Shown here: positions 1 to 11,554 of the stretch, piece by piece | Layout of the letters: the number at the start of each line of letters is the position of its first letter | Numbering within the stretch: position 1 is the first letter of the stretch | Source: Octopus sinensis | Lineage: Eukaryota | Length of the DNA: 64,000 bases | Assembly: GCF_006345805.1 (NCBI RefSeq) | Contig: NC_043011.1 | Location: 29,338,464-29,402,463, forward strand | Direction: 5' to 3' | Program-made: the position numbers and the translations under genes | The notes under the pieces: model-generated | What the model was told of the DNA's origin: nothing | The model's input: only the letters and a program-made list of their open reading frames with translations | Database searches by the model: none

Positions 1-34
1 TCTATAAAACTATTTTCTATAGATTATTTTCTAT

Positions 35-465
35 AGACACAGGCATGGCTGTGTGGATAGGTGCAGGTGTGGATAGGTGCAGGTGTGGATAGGTGCAGGT
101 GTGGCTGTGTGGTAAGTAATTTGCTTCCCAACCACATAGTTCCAGATTCAGTCCCACTGTGTGGAACCTTGGGCAAGTGTCTTCTACTATAGCCTCAGGC
201 CGACCAAAACGTTGCAAGTGGATTTGGTAGACAGAAACTGAAAGAAGCCTGTCATATATATATATATATGTGTTTGTCCCTCCACCATTGCTTGACAACC
301 AATATTGGTGTGTTTACGTCCCCGTAACTTAGCGGTTCAGCAATAGAGACTGATAGAATAGGTTCTAGGCTTACAGAGAAGAAGTCCTGAAGTCAATTTG
401 TTCGACTAAAGGTGGTGCTTCAACATGGCTGCAGTTAAATGACTGAAACTAGTAAAAGAGTAAAA
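35..465 (+). mobile_element. tRNA-derived SINE, family A (about 430 bp)
   Basis: Head with A-box-like TGGCTGTGTGGTAAG and B-box-like GATTCAGTCCC, internal (TA)n, tail GGTGCTTCAACATGGCTGCAGTTAAATGACTGAAAC plus (AAAAGAGT)n. More than 20 related copies occur in the window. Confidence 0.85.
51..98 (+). repeat. 3 x 16-bp tandem repeat GTGTGGATAGGTGCAG in the SINE head
   Basis: Three exact copies read directly. Confidence 0.9.
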
Positions 466-1490
466 AAGCATAGATTATTTTCTAATAGTGCAAGTATGGC
501 CGCATGGTAAGAACCTTGCTTCCCAACCACATGGCTCCAGGGTCAGTCCCACTGCATGGCACTTTGGGCAAATGTCTTTTATTATAGCCTCAGGCCAACA
601 AAAGCCTTTTGAGTGGATTTGGAGGAAATGGAAACTGAAAGAAGCATGTCATGTGTGTATGTATATATGTATATATATATATATATATATATAATCCTGA
701 CACAAGGACGCACACACTCATATTTATGTGTGTGTGTGTCTTTGTGCCCCACTACTTGATAACCAGTGTTGGTGTGTTTACATCCCTGTAACTTAACAGT
801 TCAGCAAAAGATCAATAGAATAAGTACCAGGCTTAACAAAATAAGAAATATAAGTAATGAGATCAATTTATTTGAACTAAAAATACTTCAAGGTAGTGCC
901 CCAGAATGGCCATGGTCAAATGACTCAAACAGATAAAAGATAAACAGTAGAAGATATAGACACAATATATACATACACACATGACAGGTTTCTTTCAGTT
1001 TCCAATTCCTCCAAATCCACTCAAAAGGCTTTTGTTGGCCTGAGGCTATAATAAAAAACATTTGCCCAAAGTGCCATGCAGTGGGACTGACCCTGGAACC
1101 ATGTGGTTGGGAAGCAAGGTTCTTACCATGTGGCCATACCTGCACCTATTAGAAAATAATCTATACTTTTTTACTCTTTTACTTGTTTCAGTCATTTAAC
1201 TGCAGCCATGTTGAAGAATCACCTTTAGTCAAACAAATTGACCTCAGGACTTCTCTGTAAGCCTAGAACCTATTCTATCAGTCTCTATTGCTGAACCGCT
1301 AAGTTACGAGGATGTAAACACACCAATATTGGTTGTCAAGCAATGGTGGGGGGACAAACACAGACACTCATATACATATATATATATATATATATATGAC
1401 AGGCTTCTTTCAGTTTCTGTCTACCAAATCCACTTGCAACACTTTCGTCAGCCCAAGGCTATAGTAGAAGACACTTGCCCAAGGCATCAC
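150..1490. repeat. Local inverted duplication (arms about 150-665 and 967-1490, spacer about 300 bp)
   Basis: Both arms share non-consensus SINE variants (TTGCAAGTGG, CCAATATTGG, ATAGGTTCTAGGC, GGAGGAAATGG) and the inter-SINE junction TAGATTATTTT(T)CTAATAG. Confidence 0.8.
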
Positions 1491-1542
1491 ACAGAGCCAC
1501 TCCATTAGTCTAGTTTGTGCTTTTTACATGTGTGTATATATA

Positions 1543-1582
<40 letters not shown>

Positions 1583-2738
1583 TTGTATGTGTGTATGCAT
1601 CTGTTGTCTTGCTGTACTCAAGAAAACCTGTCCTCCACAGTAGAAGTGTTAAGGCCACTCTCCCTGCTGAAGAGGATCAGCCTACAACAACCCAGTATTG
1701 GTGCCACGTAAAAAGCACCTTGCACACTCTGTAAAGTGGTTAGCATTAGAAAGAGCATCCAGCCATAGAAATCTAGCTAAATCAGACTAGGGCCTGGTGC
1801 ATTTCTCATATATGTAGGTGTGTATATACATATAAATACATTTCAAGCTAAGCAACAAGCTTAACACACAAATATGGATAATTTCATTATGAAAATCTTT
1901 TCATAATTTTATTTTATTTTTCATGTGAACAACTTAATTTGACATGCTGACAAAACCGGTAATATTAAGAATAACAGAAAATTAAAAAAAATTTAATAAC
2001 AGCTGTTAAAATCAAGATGGAAAGAAATTTCAAAAAATTACTTTATAAAATAGTTTGTTATAATATTCATTCTCCCCACCCCCTACCCATCCGCCCACTT
2101 AATTTGCATGAGTTCATTAACCTTAGAGGTGTTAAAAATTGGCAACCAAAGAGTCAACAGTTCATATCTGACCATTTGCTCTATGGTTTCTTATTAACAA
2201 AGAATAAAAACAAAAACAGATAGATAGCTAGACTGGCAGTAAGACAGACACACACATACACTGGTGAATGGAAAATGCACCTCCTTATGGGTGTTAACAC
2301 ACCCATACACACACACACCACACACACACACACAGATATTTATATAAATACACCCATATATTCTTTAATTCTTTTATTTGTTTTAGTCATTTGACTGCGA
2401 CCATGTTGGAGCACCACCTTTAGTCAAAGAAAATAACTCAGGACTTATTCTTTGTAAGCCTATTACTTATTCTATCGGTCTCTTTCACCAAACTGCTAAG
2501 TTATGGGGATGTAAACACACCAACAGCGGTTGTCAAGCGATGGTGGGGGACAAACACAGATACAAACATATACATATATATATATATGTATAAATATATA
2601 TATATGTATATATATATATATATGTATTTTATTTTATTTATTAGAGAATAAAATTATGGCATCACAGGAGTTCAAATAAAATAAATTATTCTCAATGAGG
2701 AAATATATGTTATTTAGAGATAGCAGTCCCCATCACAC

Positions 2739-2805
<67 letters not shown>

Positions 2806-2982
2806 GTATATATATAATAGTTATCGCCATACTAATATGGCATTCTTATAAAAATAAGAATAAAGCTGTCCGCTTATTAGCTCCATGAGGCCATCGCCTT
2901 AAGTTAGCTATTTGATACACAAACTGTATCCATATAACCTTCGAACAAGGGAGGTCAGTCGCTCCACACTACTTGACCAACA

Positions 2983-3024
2983 GCTACAGACGCGTTTCGG
3001 GGTATTGCCCCTTTTCAATGTAGC
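2983..3024 (-). ncRNA. Type I hammerhead ribozyme motif, U3:A8 core variant
   Basis: Minus strand: GCUACA UUGAAAA GGGG CAAUA CCCC GAAAC GC GUC UGUAGC; 6-bp stem I, 4-bp stem II, palindromic ACGCGU stem III. Confidence 0.75.
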
Positions 3025-3319
3025 GTAGTCAGACCAGTAGGTGTCGCTTCTGACAATCTCTGTTCGAAGGTTTTATTTACCTAGTTTCGGTGGAATACAT
3101 CCACTTGTTTTCAATAATAGAAATATTAAAATTAGTTAGCTATTTGATACACAAACTGTATCCATATAACCTTCGAACAAGGGAGGTCAGTCGCTCCACA
3201 CTACTTGACCGACAGCTATTATTCTATTATTGAAAACAAGTGGATGTATTCCACCGAAACTAGGTAAATAAAACCTTCGAACAGAAATTGTCAGAAGCGA
3301 CACCTACTGGTCTGACTAC

Positions 3320-3361
3320 GCTACATTGAAAAGGGGCAATACCCCGAAACGTGTCTGTAGC
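3320..3361 (+). ncRNA. Type I hammerhead ribozyme motif, U3:A8 core variant (second copy)
   Basis: GCTACA TTGAAAA GGGG CAATA CCCC GAAAC GT GTC TGTAGC; predicted cleavage after C3355. Confidence 0.72.
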
Positions 3362-3589
3362 TGTCGGTCAAGTAGTGTGGAGCGACTGACCTCCCTTGTT
3401 CGAAGGTTATATGGATACAGTTTGTGTATCAAATAGCTAACTTAAGGCGATGGCCTCATGGAGCTAATAAGCGGACAGCTTAATTCTTATTTTTATAAGA
3501 ATGCCATATTAGTATGGCGATAACTATTATTTTCCAGGAACGCTGCCGTGTTCTCTTTTAGAGAGACTTAGTTATTTTAATATTTCTAT

Positions 3590-3622
<33 letters not shown>

Positions 3623-3824
3623 GTACGATGGGCTTCTTTCAATTTCCATCTACCAAATCTACTCACAAGGCTTTGGTCAGCCTGAGGCTATAGTAGAAGA
3701 CACCTGCCCCAGGTGCCATGCAATTGGACTGAACCTGGAACCATGTGGTTGGGAAAAAAGCTTCTTACCACACAGCCATGCCATGAGTAGATAGACAGAC
3801 AGACCAAAAGACAAAAAAATAAAC

Positions 3825-4335
3825 AGCAGTGCCCCTGACTGGCTCCTGTGCTGGTAGCACATAAAATGCACCATGCGAATGTGGTTGAAGCCAGTGACCC
3901 CTGACTGGCTCCTCTGCCAGTGGTACATAAAAAAGCACTATGTGAGTGTGGTCGATGCCAGTGTCTCCTCAATGGCTCCTGTTCTGGTGGCATGTAAAAA
4001 GCACCATCAAATGTTGTTGATGTTCTGTCCTGGTGGTACATGAAAAGCACCATGTGAATGAAGGTGGTTGATGCCTGTGCCCTCTGACTGTCATCATGTG
4101 GAAAGCACCATGTGAAGGTGGTTGATGTCAGTGCCCCCAGACCGGATCCCATGCCTGTGGCATGTAAAAAGCACCCACTGCACTCTCAGAGTGGTTGGCA
4201 TTAGGAAGGACATCCAGCTGTATAAACCTTGCCAGATCAGACTGGAGTCTGGTGCAGCCTACTGGCTTACCAGTCCTCAGTCAAACCGTCCAACCCATGC
4301 CAGCATGGAAAGCAGACGTTAAATGAGGATGATGG

Positions 4336-4377
<42 letters not shown>

Positions 4378-4380
4378 CAG
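3825..4380 (+). repeat. RTE 3' UTR-like element (family B) with internal degenerate 60-66-bp tandem units and (GAT)n tail
   Basis: Recurring GTGGCACATAAAAAGCACCATG-like units followed by the family B 3' end. Related copies near 1.7, 9.7, 23.9, 31.3, 40.8, 44.0, 44.4, 46.1 and 60.8 kb. Confidence 0.7.
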
Positions 4381-4564
4381 ATAGATAGATTGACAGATAA
4401 ATAGATGTTTAGATAGATTGGCAGACAGACAGATAGATGAAATAGGGAGAGAGAAGGTAAAGATGGAGAGACTGAGTCAGATGGACAGTAAGAGTGAAGT
4501 ATCTGAGAAATAAGACAAAGAAAAAGAAGAATGAAACATAAAATATAAAACTGGAAGAGAAATA

Positions 4565-5042
4565 CGAAAATGGAGTTATGGCTTATATGTGGGTGGTAGT
4601 GTGGGGGAGAGGAGAGAGGGAGGGAGGGAGGGAGAGAAAGAGTCAGAGAGAGGGAAGGAGTCTGAGAGGGTGTGAGAAGGCAGTGAGAGAAAGAGGGAGA
4701 GAGAGAGGGAGAGAGAGATTGAATCAGAGAGGGAGGGGAGAGAGGGAAGAAGTTTGAGTGGGCGTGAGAGAAGTGAGAGAAATAGGGAGAGAGGGAGAGA
4801 GAGAGATATATAGTCATAAAGAGAGAGGCGGAGATGGGGTAGAAGAGAGAGAGAGAGAATGGAAAGGAGTCTGAGAGAGCTGAAAGGGAAGTGAAAGAAA
4901 GAAAGAGAGGGAGGGAGAGAGAGAGAAAGAATCAGAGAAAGAGAGAGACAGAGGGAGACAGAGAGGAAAGAGGGAGGGGAGAGAAAGTGATGGAGTTTGA
5001 GAGAATGTGAAAAGGAAGCGAGAGAAAGAGAGAATGAGAGAA

Positions 5043-5087
<45 letters not shown>

Positions 5088-5110
5088 GATAGAGAGAGAG
5101 AGAGAGAAAG
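4565..5110 (+). repeat. Polypurine (GA-rich) low-complexity tract
   Basis: About 550 bp almost entirely G/A, ending in (GA)n. Confidence 0.9.
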
Positions 5111-5809
5111 TGAAAAAAAGAGTCTGAACAGAGTAAGAGAAATCTATATGCCAATCAACGTTGCTCGTTAATTGGTGCCAAAGACCAATGTGAAGAAATA
5201 TGGAAATCAATGAAGAAAATGTTGATTGCTTTGTAACATGCTGAATGTTTCTGAATGTTCTACATTTGTTTAGATAATATATTATAATCTGCCCAATTAA
5301 GAAAATTAATCTTTTAAAACTTTTAGTCAGACAGACAGACACAGACACACACATGCATATAAATCACACATATATGAATGCATTTTGATATCTTAACCAT
5401 CATAAAAAGGCACACATATATACACATACCATCATGCAAATATGGGTGTATATATGTGTATGTTCCTTTATTCTTTTATTTGTTTCAGTCATTTTGACTG
5501 TGGCCATGCTGGAACACCGCCTTTAGTCAAACAAGTTGACCCCAGGACTTGTTTTGTAAGCTTAGTACTTATTCTATCGGTCTCTTTTGCCGAAATGCTA
5601 AGTTACTGGGACGTAAACACACCAGCATCGGTTCTCAATGGGGGGACAAACACAGACATACAAACACACACACACATGTTTCAGTTTCTGTCTACTTAAT
5701 CCATTCACAAGGCTTTGGTCAGCCTGAGGCTATAGTAGAAGACACTTGCTCAAGGTGCTATGCAGTGGGACTGAACCAGAACCATGTGGTTAGTAAGCAA
5801 GCTACTTAC

Positions 5810-7653
5810 TAAAAGCCACTCCTGCCAGTTTGTTTACCTGAGACCCTGCCAAAACTTCCCTGAGGAAAGGCATCAATTGTCTCCAAAGAAAAAGTATACA
5901 AATGCAGTGTGCTCTTCAGATGTTATATGCAAGGCAGCTGCTAAGCAAGAGTTTTCTTTGTACAGCAAAAGATTGTGCAGCAGCTGACCTAGATATATGA
6001 AGTGCAAACAAGGAACCTTGCCCACCACTGCACAAGACCACCACAATCAACAGACATGGGACGGCCTCCCCTAATACCTGTACAATCGTCATGCCAATAT
6101 TTTTACAAAATATTGGGGGCCTGTTGCATCACAACAACAAAAGCAAAATTTTATTCCTGAGAGACCTTGCTGCATGCAATCAAGCCCCATGCATTGCACT
6201 TGTGGAAACTCATCTGAGTCCTGATATAGAGGATGCAGAAGTACATGTACCAAAATATACTATACTGCAAACAGACAGAAGGGAAAGGAGACATGGTGGA
6301 GTTGCTGTATACACCTGTGAAAACCTCATACCCCAGGTCTTACTGTCATACTCAAATTCAGTACGTGACACTCTAATTGAATACATAAGACAACACGATA
6401 TAGTCATATGCAATGCATATCATCCACTTGATGCTCCAAATCACATAGGCAAGTTTGAAGATTGCCTCACAAAAATTAAAGAAATCCTCATGAAACTAGA
6501 ACACTACATGAGTGTATTTCTTATGGGTGATTTCAACTCTTCAATGTGAGATGGCCCGAGGGCCTCATGCTCTCAGGAATGACTCATTTCAAACAAGCAC
6601 AGGGGGAGTTCCTACTCAACCTCACCAATACCCTAATCATGGAGCAAGTTGTGCTCAGACCAACTAGAGCAAATAACATTTTGGATCTCTGCTTCACAAA
6701 CAATATGGACATTGTTCACAATGTGAAAGTGACTCCGACATTAGTTCAGATCACAGCATAATAGAGCTGTTTATGTGTGGGCCGAAAGTAACCAGAGACA
6801 TACAGCCTAAAGGAAGCCCTGTGCTACCAGCATCCAAAACTGAGTATAAAACTTACAGGGTACACTGGTTCACAGAGGATTACAATCCCAGAGCCTAAAT
6901 CAGTGAGGGACCTGGGTATTGACAGGAGTGATGATACCTCTTTCCCAGTGCACATTACCAGGATGGTGACAAAGTGCAAACGACTGGCTGGATGGATCCT
7001 GAGAACGTTCAGAACCAGAGAGAAGGAAACCACGATGGTCCTCTGGAGGACATTTGTCCTCAGCCACCTAGATTACTGCTCCCAGCTGTGGTCACCCAAC
7101 AGTGTAAAATTAACAGTGGACCTTGAAGCAATCCAGTAAAGCTTCACAAAGATCATCTCTTTGCAACAGCTCAGCTACTGGGAAAGGCTGAAACAGCTAA
7201 GACTCTACTCCCTGGAGTGAAAGTGGGAGAGATATGCAGTAATATACATTGGGAAGATCCTGGAAGGAATTGTGCCAAATTTTGGCATTGAAAGCTACAC
7301 AAATGCCAGAATGGGTCGAAACAGTACAGTGCCAAAGATCTCAGCAATGCCATTGTATTTCAGGACCAGGTACTGCAACAGCCTGGATTTTAGGGGCCCA
7401 CAGCCTTTTAATGTTCTCCCAAAGAGCCCGAGGGACCTATGCAAAGTGGATTTAGGTGTTTCAAATCAAAACTGGACATGTTCCTGTCAAGAGTCCCAGA
7501 TGAACCTACCTTGTGGCAAGAGGTGCAAATGAGGGTAACGATATCAAACTTTCTTATTCACCAAATGCCACATATTAGAGGAGACTCTCAATAATAATAG
7601 TGTAGCAAAACAGTGGTGCCCCAGCATGGCCAGAACTTTCAGCTGAAACTAAA
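5810..7653 (+). mobile_element. CR1-clade LINE remnant (APE domain plus RT C-terminus, internal deletion)
   Basis: 6091-6549 has APE motifs (LQNIGGL, ALVETHL, DRRERRHGGVAVY, LMGDFN); PTRANNILDLCFTN at about 6660-6700; then directly RDLGI...WILRTF...SHLDYCSQLWSP...LSYWERLK...LYSLE. Stops and frameshifts are present and the RT core is missing. Confidence 0.9.
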
Positions 7654-7832
7654 ATATATATACCTATATATATATTTATATATATATAATGTACTGATCC
7701 ATGATAGAAAATTCAACAAAAAACATACTGTATCTGTTGAGAGATAAATATTATTCATTAAATGTCACAATATATGTATTAAAGCATTTCTTCTATTATT
7801 CAATTTTTTTTGTTCATTATGGCATGTGGTTT

Positions 7833-7885
7833 GTGCCTGAAGAATATGTTTGAGTTTTCTCAGCATATGAAACTATTACTAGCAC
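7833..7885 (+). ncRNA. Degenerate hammerhead-like motif in a (TA)-flanked unit
   Basis: GTGC CTGAAGA ATATG-TTTGAGTTTTCTCAG-CATAT GAAAC TATTACTA GCAC; core and stem II intact, stem III damaged. Confidence 0.45.
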
Positions 7886-7933
7886 TTTAATATATGTATC
7901 ATGAACTTTAATATAAATAATATATATGTATAT

Positions 7934-8122
7934 CATGATAGATCGTTAGCTACTACATGCATTTTTTTTTCTCTCCTTGTTTTTTTCTGTGTATCTTTCT
8001 GTCGAAGAGCGTAGGCTTGAAACATAAAAGACTTTTTCTATTCCTGAGCGCTATACTAATACATTTGTTTGTTTGTACTCCACCTGCCTTCGTCTTTTGT
8101 TTACTTTCGTAAACTTTCCCGT
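7934..8122 (+). mobile_element. About 190-bp (TA)n-embedded repeat (family H1) with hammerhead-like motif at 7995-8030
   Basis: CTTT CTGTCGA A GAGC GTAG GCTT GAAAC ATA AAAG; three more copies on the minus strand. Confidence 0.7.
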
Positions 8123-8148
8123 TATATATATATATATATATATATATA

Positions 8149-9607
8149 TTTCAACAATTGAGGGCAAAATTAATTAATTATTAATCAATTTCACCAAGTG
8201 TTCAGTATGCAAAGGGAGCAGATCTTCGAAAAGGTATGTTCTTATTTTCAGTGTTTCCAAATCCAAACCAAGGAATTTCTGAGCCGATGATAGAAATGTT
8301 GTTTTGACTAATCTTGAAACGTACGTTCTCGAATAACCTTAGCATTTGATTTTTCGATGTCCTTACCCCCAAACTTTTGTGAGTTGAATTAAGCAAACAC
8401 TATATATGAGAGAGATTTTCTTTAAGTATTAGAAATAGCTTTAAAAAAGTTTTTTAGCTGCTATTTCTAATGAGTTCAGTATGCGGCAAAGTAATTTATT
8501 TTACTAAGCCCTTTTATATAATGTAATAATTTGAATTCGCCTTGAATGGTCCCTTTGCATACTGAACACTTGGTGAAATTGATTAATAATTAATTAATTT
8601 TGCCCTCAATTGTTGAAATTATAATTAATCTCCCTCTGATTAATGCTTCGGATTTTACCGAAATAAGCATAGTGTTTGATGATTTTAACCCACGCTGGTG
8701 GAAAGGGGAGAACAGAGATTCTTCGCTTGCTTATTTGAATTTGTTGGCACTGTTAGTTGGGAGCAGATCTTCGAAAAGGTATGTTCTTATTTTCAGTGTT
8801 CCAAATCCAAACCAAGGAATTTCTGAGCCGATGATAGAAATGTTGTTTTGACTAATCTTGAAACGTACGTTCTCGAATAACCTTAGCATTTGATTTTTCG
8901 ATGTCCTTACCCCCAAACTTTTGTGAGTTGAATTAAGCAAACACTATATATGAGAGAGATTTTCTTTAAGTATTAGAAATAGCTTTAAAAAAGTTTTTTA
9001 GCTGCTATTTCTAATGAGTTCAGTATGCGGCAAAGTAATTTATTTTACTAAGCCCTTTTATATAATGTAATAATTTGAATTCGCCTTGAATGGTCCCTTT
9101 GCATACTGAACACTTGGTGAAATTGATTAATAATTAATTAATTTTGCCCTCAATTGTTGAAATTATAATTAATCTCCCTCTGATTAATGCTTCGGATTTT
9201 ACCGAAATAAGCATAGTGTTTGATGATTTTAACCCACGCTGGTGGAAAGGGGAGAACAGAGATTCTTCGCTTGCTTATTTGAATTTGTTGGCACTGTTAG
9301 TTGGGAGCAGATCTTCGAAAAGGTATGTTCTTATTTTCAGTGTTTCCAAATCCAAACCAAGGAATTTCTGAGCCGATGATAGAAATGTTGTTTTGACTAA
9401 TCTTGAAACGTACGTTCTCGAATAACCTTAGCATTTGATTTTTCGATGTCCTTACCCCCAAACTTTTGTGAGTTGAATTAAGCAAACACTATATATGAGA
9501 GAGATTTTCTTAAGTATTAGAAATAGCTTTAAAAAAGTTTTTTAGCTGCTATTTCTAATGAGTTCAGTATGCGGCAAAGTAATTTATTTTACTAAGCCTT
9601 TTATATA
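8149..9607. mobile_element. Near-identical tandem array of a 544/545-bp unit (about 2.55 copies) preceded by a 69-bp inverted segment, in (TA)n
   Basis: GGGAGCAGATC at 8214, 8759 and 9303; 8149-8217 is the reverse complement of 8550-8618. Confidence 0.9.
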
Positions 9608-9611
9608 ATAT

Positions 9612-9677
<66 letters not shown>

Positions 9678-9888
9678 CTGGTGTCATGCTATTGGCATCT
9701 GTGCTAGTGGCATGTTAAAGCACCCATTCCACTCTCAGAGTGGTTGGCATTAAGAAGGACATCCAGGTGCAGAAACCATGCCAAATCAGACTGGAGTCTG
9801 GTACAGTCCCTCAGCTTACTATCCCACGTCAAGCCATACAGCCCATCCCAACATAGACAACGGACACTAAATGATAATGATGGTGATG

Positions 9889-9930
<42 letters not shown>

Positions 9931-10114
9931 TATTTATAGGATGGTATTTCAGTTTCTGTCTACCAAATCTACTCCTGAGGCTTTGGTCAGCCTGAGGCTA
10001 TAATAGAAGACGAAGACACTTGTCTGAGGTACCACACAATAGGATTTTACTAGGAAACATGTGGTTTGGAAGCAAGCTTCTTGCTATATACCCATGCCTG
10101 CACCTATTATATTT

Positions 10115-10154
<40 letters not shown>

Positions 10155-10558
10155 TGTTCACATTATAAGAGATTTTTTTTAATTGTTCAGAGACTATGAG
10201 GGACTTGAAGTAGATAAAGCTATGAATAAGAGCATGAAAGATATTCTTTTCTTTTCTACTCTAGGCACAAGGCCCGAATTTTTGGGGAGGGGCCAGTCAA
10301 TTAGATTGACCCCAGTACGCAACTGGTACTTAATTTATCGACCTCGAAAGGATGAAAGGCAAAAGTTGACATTGGTGGAATTCCTGAAAATATGCTTCAC
10401 CATGGAGAAATTATCAACTGACTTGGTAACAAGTGAGGGCTGATGAGTAGGATGGAGGTGGGACTTCCGTTTGTGGAAAATCTCTTTCAATAAGTACCTT
10501 CTGACCCATGCAAGCATGAAAAAGTGACATTAAAAGGATTAAAATGATGATGCTAATG

Positions 10559-10589
<31 letters not shown>

Positions 10590-10666
10590 CGATGCATGTT
10601 CCATACGTACACATATAAATACACGATCCACTTTCGGATTCATACACACTTACTCATTCCAGCAGG

Positions 10667-10698
<32 letters not shown>

Positions 10699-11554
10699 TT
10701 CATATATACACACACAAGCATAAACATAGAAACACATGTTGTACTGTAGACATGCGAACATATCTTAATCTCATTCACAAATACATTGAAAAAGATATAA
10801 AGCAGTACACATGTGCGTGCACACACACACACACACACACACTCACATGCACATACATATATAAAGGCAAACATAAACGTAACATACATACACAAACAAA
10901 CACAAGTAAATGAGATAAGAAAACGCAAACAGATGCTTTGTTTTTTTGGGGGTTTTTTTTTTTGCATTTTTTAATAATTTTTTTTCTCCATTCCATAATC
11001 TGAATTCCTGATCCAATACTAATTAAGAAATAATTAATGAAAATGTACATGATGATGATGATCGCAATTATGCTGATGAAGATGATTATGACGATGATAG
11101 TAACAGTAGTTCTGGTATTGGTAGTGGTGGTGGTGGTGGTGGTGGTGGTGGGGTGGATGGGGTAGAGGTGGTGGTGGTGGTGGTGTTTGTTGCTGTTGTT
11201 GTGGTTCATTAGTGTTGTGTCTGTCATGATTAGACAGGCTCATTATCTTTCACATTCCAGCCGTGATAGTCTCACGTTCTTTTGTATATCTAAAACAACC
11301 CCAATCCAATACATTGTTTCAATCATTAGACCATGACTGACCATGCTGGGGTATCACCTTGAAGAATTTTAGCCAAATGAATCAACCCTAGTACTTTATT
11401 ATTATTTCTTTTGTAAAACTTAGTTCTTATTTCATCAGACATTTTTGCTAAACTGCTAAATTACAGAGACATAAACACACCAACACCGGTTGTCAAGCAG
11501 TGTTGGAGGACAAACACATACACAAAGACACACACACACATATATATATATATA

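Larger units (their letters stand above)
2815..3592. mobile_element. Short Penelope-like/retrozyme-like element in (TA)n: about 362-bp monomer plus inverted partial copies
   Basis: 2815-3122 is the reverse complement of 3222-3529; 3134-3218 duplicates 2902-2986; TTCTATT recurs at 3222 and 3584; (TA)n on both flanks; contains hammerhead motifs. Confidence 0.75.

Noticed and set aside
3825-4190. Repeat-spacer-like units resembling a CRISPR array
   Set aside because: Units are degenerate tandem copies without unique spacers, inside a eukaryotic LINE UTR; no cas genes
8202-9485. Repeated ORFs MLNSTHKSLG... and MPSIVEIII...
   Set aside because: They recur only because of the tandem array, start at non-ATG codons, and are frameshifted between copies; no recognisable domain
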